From assembly GCA_040954595.2 (NCBI GenBank), contig CM082590.2:4154001-4218000 (forward strand): DNA of 64,000 bases. The letters are read 5' to 3'. Source of the stretch: Balanoglossus misakiensis. Taxonomy: Eukaryota > Animalia > Hemichordata. Positions 58,071 to 64,000 of this stretch are shown in pieces (the stretch's first letter is position 1; every line of letters starts with the position of its first letter). A program made the translations under genes and the position numbers. Below the pieces are notes generated by a model that did no database searches, was not told where the DNA came from, and saw only the letters and a program-made list of their open reading frames with translations.

Positions 58071-60267
58071 TATTTTATTTTATTTTATTTAAAGTAGTGT
58101 TTATTCAACTCAAATTAACATACATTTTTACATCCCACTCAATTAACATACATTTATACACATGCGTCTGTTAAGGGCAAAATCCAACTTTACAATGTTT
58201 CTGTTCATTATCAATATTACAAATACATATAGTTATGGTGAACTCTATAGTAATTTTACATCTCAAAGAAGACTTAGACACACTTGAATTTTTCCATCCT
58301 TTTTTTATCTGTTGAAAGTACGTTAACTCATCTATTAATAATCGCCGTATGTGATTTTCGTTAATCATTCTTGCTTTGTATACACAAAAAGTTGCCACCA
58401 TTATGATCATATTTAGTGATTCTAGATTGTCGCATTCCAACATGTACCCAAATACAATATGCTTCCAAATTAGCTTTATATTTATGTTGTACACATTATT
58501 AATAAGAATGTTCAGTCTTTACCAAAACTGCTTCACAACCGAAAAGAAAATGTATGCAGTTATCCGTACATTTACATAGTTTACAATTCGGGTTGTCTGC
58601 TTTCTTCAATTTCCACAGATTTAAACCGTGTTTGATTTTGTTATAAAGTAAAAGATAACTAAATTGGGCAATGTTGTTAACACCCATGTCTTTTATTTTA
58701 ATTTTCATTATTAACGCCCAGTTTATGTGTTCTATATCATATCTTCTGGACCGAAATGCCGGCGCATATGATTTCACTCAGGGCTTCCTTTCTGTCTACA
58801 ATATGCCAATAAAAATCTTTGCATAAAAAATCATGTACATCTTTGTATTTCCCTGTGTGATCTTTTCTCATTATTGGCTTTATATCTCGATTTACACACA
58901 GAAAGTTCTTAGCAGACATCATTCTTCTCTTCCATTCGTTTGGTATGGCTTTTTTCAGTATTGGATACTGTGTTTTATTACATATAAAACGTCGATTACT
59001 TGCACCGAGCGCGCGCGTAACATCGGTATTTGCACTCAGTGCAATACCAAAACATTATGCCTTACCTGTATGCAAATGAGTGGCCTGTTCACGAAACAAG
59101 CAATATCATTCCGCGGTCTCATTTCTTTCATTTTCGGTCTTTTTTTTTCAAAATGGGATGAACATATATAATAAATTTAATAAAACACCTTTTTGAAACA
59201 AATCTGAGACATACATTATGTTGTAGTCAATCCATTCAGTAAAAAACAAGAATCTATTATTACATGCTATATGTTGATTTCCCCAAATAACTTCCTCTCC
59301 AATATTGTTCGGAAACATTTTAACCTTGTTGTTATTCATGACAATATCGTACCAGTTAAATAGAACATTTCTATAAAAGTTTGACATGTTTCTCGTAATG
59401 AAAGTTAGGCCTCTTTTGTCCAAATTGTAAGAGAAGATATTTTCGATCCCTCCGAAATCTTTGAAATAAAAATCAATCACTGCTTTCCACGTGTCAGAAT
59501 TGGCTTTCATGAGCCGTTCCACCCATCTACATTTCAGTGCCTTCACCATTGACCTGATAACAATCATTTGTACCCCTCCCTTTTCATATTTATTTATAAT
59601 GATTTCTCTCTTAATCTTCTCTTTTTTCCCACTCCATAAAAAATCATAGAACAAACTACTTAATCTATTTACCACGGCATCAGGAATGTCAATCATCGAT
59701 GCCAAATATGTTATTTTCGACATGGCTAAACATTTAATAATCGTGATTTTTCCAAAAATTGACAAATATCTTTTCTTCCATGAATCTAAGAGTGTTTCAA
59801 TTCTGTCAATCTTAGTATCCCAATTTAACTTCCTTACCTCCTCTTTAAAACGTGCATATCCAAAATAAACACCCAATACTTTAATTGGTTTATCAGGCCA
59901 TGAAATCAAGCCAAGGTTGTTCTTAGCTTTCCAGCCTCCTAGTTTTAAGCCTTCAGTCTTGTCTCTTTTTAGTTTCAAACTAGAATACTTCCCATACTCA
60001 TCAATCAAGTTAAGTAAACGCATGAGAGATTTTTCTTTGCTTATGTATACCTGCATATCATCAGCTAATTGTGTGATCTTAACTTTATAATTATTAACTT
60101 TGTAACCCTCTATTTCGTCATACGTTTCTAATTACAGTTGCACGAATTTCTGCTACTATTAGAAATAAAATCGCAGACAGGGGACATCCCTGTCAAATAC
60201 CCCTTTGTAGATTAAAAAGTGGCGTTATCCAACCATTTTTTATGACGGAACTATTACAATTGGAATA

Positions 60268-61601
60268 ATAGAATCTCACACTCCCAAGGACCTGGGATCG
60301 TATTTCTCACACGAGTTGGGGATTTTTTGTCCAAAAAAATCCCCGACGAGTTTGTCCTGATGGCTAAGTAGAATGGAGTGTCTGGGCCCAGAAAATCAAC
60401 GGGTCGCTTTGATGCGTACAACTTGTAAAGAGAAACGGGGCATTTGTTTTTGTCATTGACGAACGAATACATTTGTGGCTTTACAGGGCGGACATCGCTC
60501 ACATTTTCGCCAGTTCTAGTCTTAGTCTGGTGCTCAGTTGTCATTTCAATTAATTCTCTGCCATCAGCATCTCGTTTAAGTTTAACATCGCCCCAACACA
60601 ACGACCTATGTTCTTTAACTGCCCTCATTCCAAAATGCAACATGTTGTTAAGCCAAAGTGTATTTATGACCGAATGAGGTGTATGGACGCCGAGTTGCCC
60701 ATCAGCATACAGCTTATTTACATCGTCATCAGTCAGAGTATCGGCTGTGAATGGTAGATTCCCCTTACCGTGTTTTCGGAGGTTTTTCTGTTTCGCTTTC
60801 AATTTTTCTCGTGAAGAGAAAAAAATCGACACATGTCACCAACGATACTCCATATTTGGCCCAGCGGAGATGTCTTTCTAAACTACTAAACATCCCTTGT
60901 AGAGAGGATGGTTCGTAGTCAGAACCATCCTCCTTCCGAACAACACACAGCAAATTTCCAACGAAGGGGTCGAGCTCGCTCGGCGGAATATCAGAAATGT
61001 CGCGATGTTCGCCAAGTTCGGTCAGGTACTGTTGGAATAGCGTTACATGATATTTAGTCTTCCGTACCATGTCACTATTCTGCTGATCGTCTACGAAATG
61101 GTTAATATCGGTAGACGACAATGCAGCAAATCTAGAATGTTTCGGGGTCGACGAACCTTCACCTAATGGTACGGGCGGTGCCGCATCTGGCTCGAACTCA
61201 GCGGCGAGCTTCACTGCTGAAACCTCAACTTCAGCTCCAGACAAGACATCCATCAGGACAAACTGGCGATATGTTCCCAATGGCCTAATTACGCGGGATA
61301 TCTGGAAAATACGGCCGTTTTTCGCGATTCTGTCACCAACCACGTACACCATTATCCGAAGGTAACACAAATTGCACAACTGTCGTCTGTACATGACCTG
61401 ATCACATTGTAGTTCCGGTTCGTGTACAACACGTCACACAATTGGATGACATTTGCTCGTTCTGAGAGGTACGAATATCGTTATCCAATCAGAGCTCGCG
61501 TCAGATAACAGTTGTCTGTGTGCGCATTAACACAGAGTGTGGGATCGATTTGATCCCACACTCTCTATCCCATACTCCCAGCGCCCATGAGTGTGAGAAT
61601 A
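60268..61601 (-). mobile_element. Crypton DNA transposon (DUF3504/ZMYM-type YR), 3'-truncated, inserted in the LINE
   Basis: SRFAALS, VRKEDGSDYEPSSL..SLERHL, LWLNNMLHFGMR..EHRSLCWGDV, QTKTRTG and CPVSLYKLY. 10-bp subterminal inverted repeat TCTCACACTC/GAGTGTGAGA and GAATA direct repeat. Removal restores the LINE frame KTIYSNCNSSV. Confidence 0.88.
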
Positions 61602-61952
61602 GATAGTCTTAATCCATGTTATAAAAGAATGACCTAATCCAATTTTTTCCAGTGCTAAGAACATAAAATTGTGTTCGACAGTATCAAATGCCTTACAAAA
61701 GTCAAGGAACAAAATTGCTCCCCCTTTCTTACGTTTCTCCGAGAAGTCAATAATATCCTGAATAAGCCGAACGTTTTGGCCACTAAAACGTCCTTTAGTA
61801 TAGCCCACTTGGTCAGTACTAATCAACTTAGGTATAACCTGATTTAATCTATTGGCTAACACGCATGATGATATTTTTTAATCATAATTGAGCAGCGATA
61901 TGGGCATCTAACTTTTTAGATTAAGCCTACATTCCTTTTTATGTATTAACGT

Positions 61953-62621
61953 TGTTACGATATATAAAAATGGGAAAATTTAAGAATTTCAATCGCATTA
62001 AAGAATTGTAAATTTCCCGTAAAACTAGTAATTCCGTGTACAGAGGTCAAATACATTTAGGTAAGACATTAGTTTATGGTCACAACATTATATATCTTAC
62101 AAATATCGAGTACCTTACAGATATCAAGACCTGGGAATTTCTATCAACGAATGAGTTCAATTACATCTTTTACGTAATATACCTTTATTTTATTGAAATA
62201 CGAGGGAGGAGGTGTTGTATATGATGGTTGCTAGTCCTTGTATTTGATCACCTTCATTTGGTCGTGATCTTGAGAGAGATAGTTTCTTCTTTGATTTCTT
62301 GGTCTTTCTACAATTTATGTCTTTGTAATTGGACAATTCAAGAATATGGCGATGTGTTGTAAAGTTATAATTGGACAATGCGAATCACGCTATAATGAAT
62401 CTTTGATTTCTCTTCTTTCTCAAAGACATATAAACTCTGTTATTTCTTGTCTTGAGTAGAACAACCATCTTGCAGACAACCGTGTGTTGTAACGCCTCTG
62501 AACCAGAAATAAAGCCTTTTGACTCCCACTACTTCGGGTCTCAACGAGTCTCTACTTTGGTAGAACCATCTCATATCTTTGCAGCCGCAAAGTTAGAGTA
62601 CCAGCTCGTCCAGCCGTAACA
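61953..62621. mobile_element. Solo LTR, 669 bp, probably Gypsy-type
   Basis: TGTTACG...CGTAACA termini and 4-bp TSD ACGT. Removal restores the LINE frame NGIITLIHKK. AATAAA at about 62508. Confidence 0.85.
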
Positions 62622-64000
62622 ACGTTATGATACCATTACGCTGAGAATTGGCTAGCGTACCTTTATTATAACCTTCATTAAATGCGTCTACTACTATCTT
62701 ACCTATATTTTTTCCAAAACACTCGGTAAAATTCTATAGGAAAGCCATCTGGTCCTGGTGTTTTGTTGCTTTTCATTCTGCGCATGGCTTTTAGACATTC
62801 CTCCTCAGAAACTTTTCTTTCACACATTAAAGCCTCACTTGCTTTGATCTTAGACTCTATTTTAAGGTCATTTATGTATTTTTTAACTTCACTGTTATTA
62901 ACACTTTTGGATTTATAAAGTTCTTCATAAAAAGCCTTTTCTTCTGCTAATATCTCATCTGTCTTTGTAATAACATTAACCATCAACCTGTTTATATGTT
63001 TTGCTCGAGATTTTTTCTTTTCTGGTCCTAGGAAATAGCGACTGTTTCTTTCTACTTCTTCGTACCACTTCACCCTGGATCTAATTTGAATCCCACGTAG
63101 TTTATTTACATATAGCTGAGTTTGTTCCTTCTTTTTGTCTTCATAAATGTTTATTAGGTCTTCCTTTTCCCTGTTATCTCTAAGTAATTTTTCTTCAATT
63201 TCTTTTAGTTGTTCTTGAATTATCCAAAAATAACGTGTCAAAATATTCTAGCCGATTTTTGTGGAGCATCTATAATCAATGTGGCGGTATTTGTAAACAA
63301 CCATCCAACTTTGTTTTCTACTATATACAGTGTACTTTAAACTGGTCGTGGTGCGGTCTTTTGTTGGAAGTTTAACAGTGAATTATCTTATAGGGCTTCA
63401 GTTATAAACAGCAGTAGCTTGGTTTGTGAACAAAAGATTTGCTGTTTCTTGTAAATATTTGATTTGTTGTCATGTAAAGAAGGGTTGCGCTTTCCCCTCA
63501 CATTCCTTCTGGACGCAGGATTGTCAGTCTCGGGGGCTTAGGTGGACAAGCTCTGGTCTGCACTCACACTAAAGTCACTTGACTCTGAAATCATACACAC
63601 TATTGATCCCGTTGCCGTTCTTCAAGTCCTACATCGTCGATCAATCCTTACAGTTATTACAGCACCATAAACGTTAGGCAAACTAAATAATCACGCTAAC
63701 AGGGTGGTATGATATCGATACCAGATGCTATTTTGGAGACTGAGATAAAGTTATAAACTAAAAAATTCAACATCAATCTAAAATTTGTGAGCTGAGACAT
63801 GTTTAAAGAAGGGCAATTGACACGTCACCCACACCAAACGCACTGATAAGAACAACAGTATAAGACCCACGTTGACAAAAGTTTAGACGGTTCAGCCTAA
63901 GTTTGGATTTCTAATCCTGTACTACTGTTGTCGTCCCTCTTGTCGCTACCAAGTAAATCGGATTCAACGCCCTCCTATTTGCAACCAAGATAAATGTTTT

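Larger units (their letters stand above)
58070..63241 (-). mobile_element. 5'-truncated, degenerate L1/Tx1-clade LINE (ORF2) with nested insertions
   Basis: IRSRVKWYE, KTPGPDGFPIEFY, DQVGY..GR, LDFCKAFDTVEH, QGCPLS, QLADDM, GKITIIK, IWGN and C-terminal CKLC...HFLFGC. The (AAAAT)n tail is at about 58070-58090. Confidence 0.93.

Overview
Eukaryotic, AT-rich, repeat-dense DNA. Spliceosomal introns, TTAGGG-type repeats and Ngaro, Crypton, L1/Tx1 and Helentron-like elements suggest a marine invertebrate animal (inference). One apparently intact host gene dominates the window on the minus strand (49047->22488): an ankyrin-LRR-Roc-COR (Roco GTPase) gene without a kinase domain. I traced 13 exons by hand, all joined by phase-0 introns. 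Ten exons are exactly 99 nt and each encodes one ankyrin repeat. Seven of these form a very young tandem array (about 331-bp unit, 32.4-35.0 kb) with GC instead of GT splice donors. The whole LRR-Roc-COR-C-terminal part sits in one 3.2-kb exon, and a kappaB-like site lies about 140 bp upstream of the ATG. The first 12.4 kb holds two divergent, convergently oriented tyrosine-recombinase (YR) pseudogenes. The first has zinc fingers and is tightly bracketed by a 27-bp direct motif. Between the two lie a fold-back minisatellite, a 750-bp telomere-like higher-order array and long direct and inverted repeats. An Ngaro/DIRS element, a Gypsy integrase remnant, several MITE/HINE-like elements and an L1/Tx1 LINE (carrying a nested Crypton and a solo LTR) make up most of the rest. 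Coordinates were read by eye and repeat boundaries are approximate; no database searches were run.
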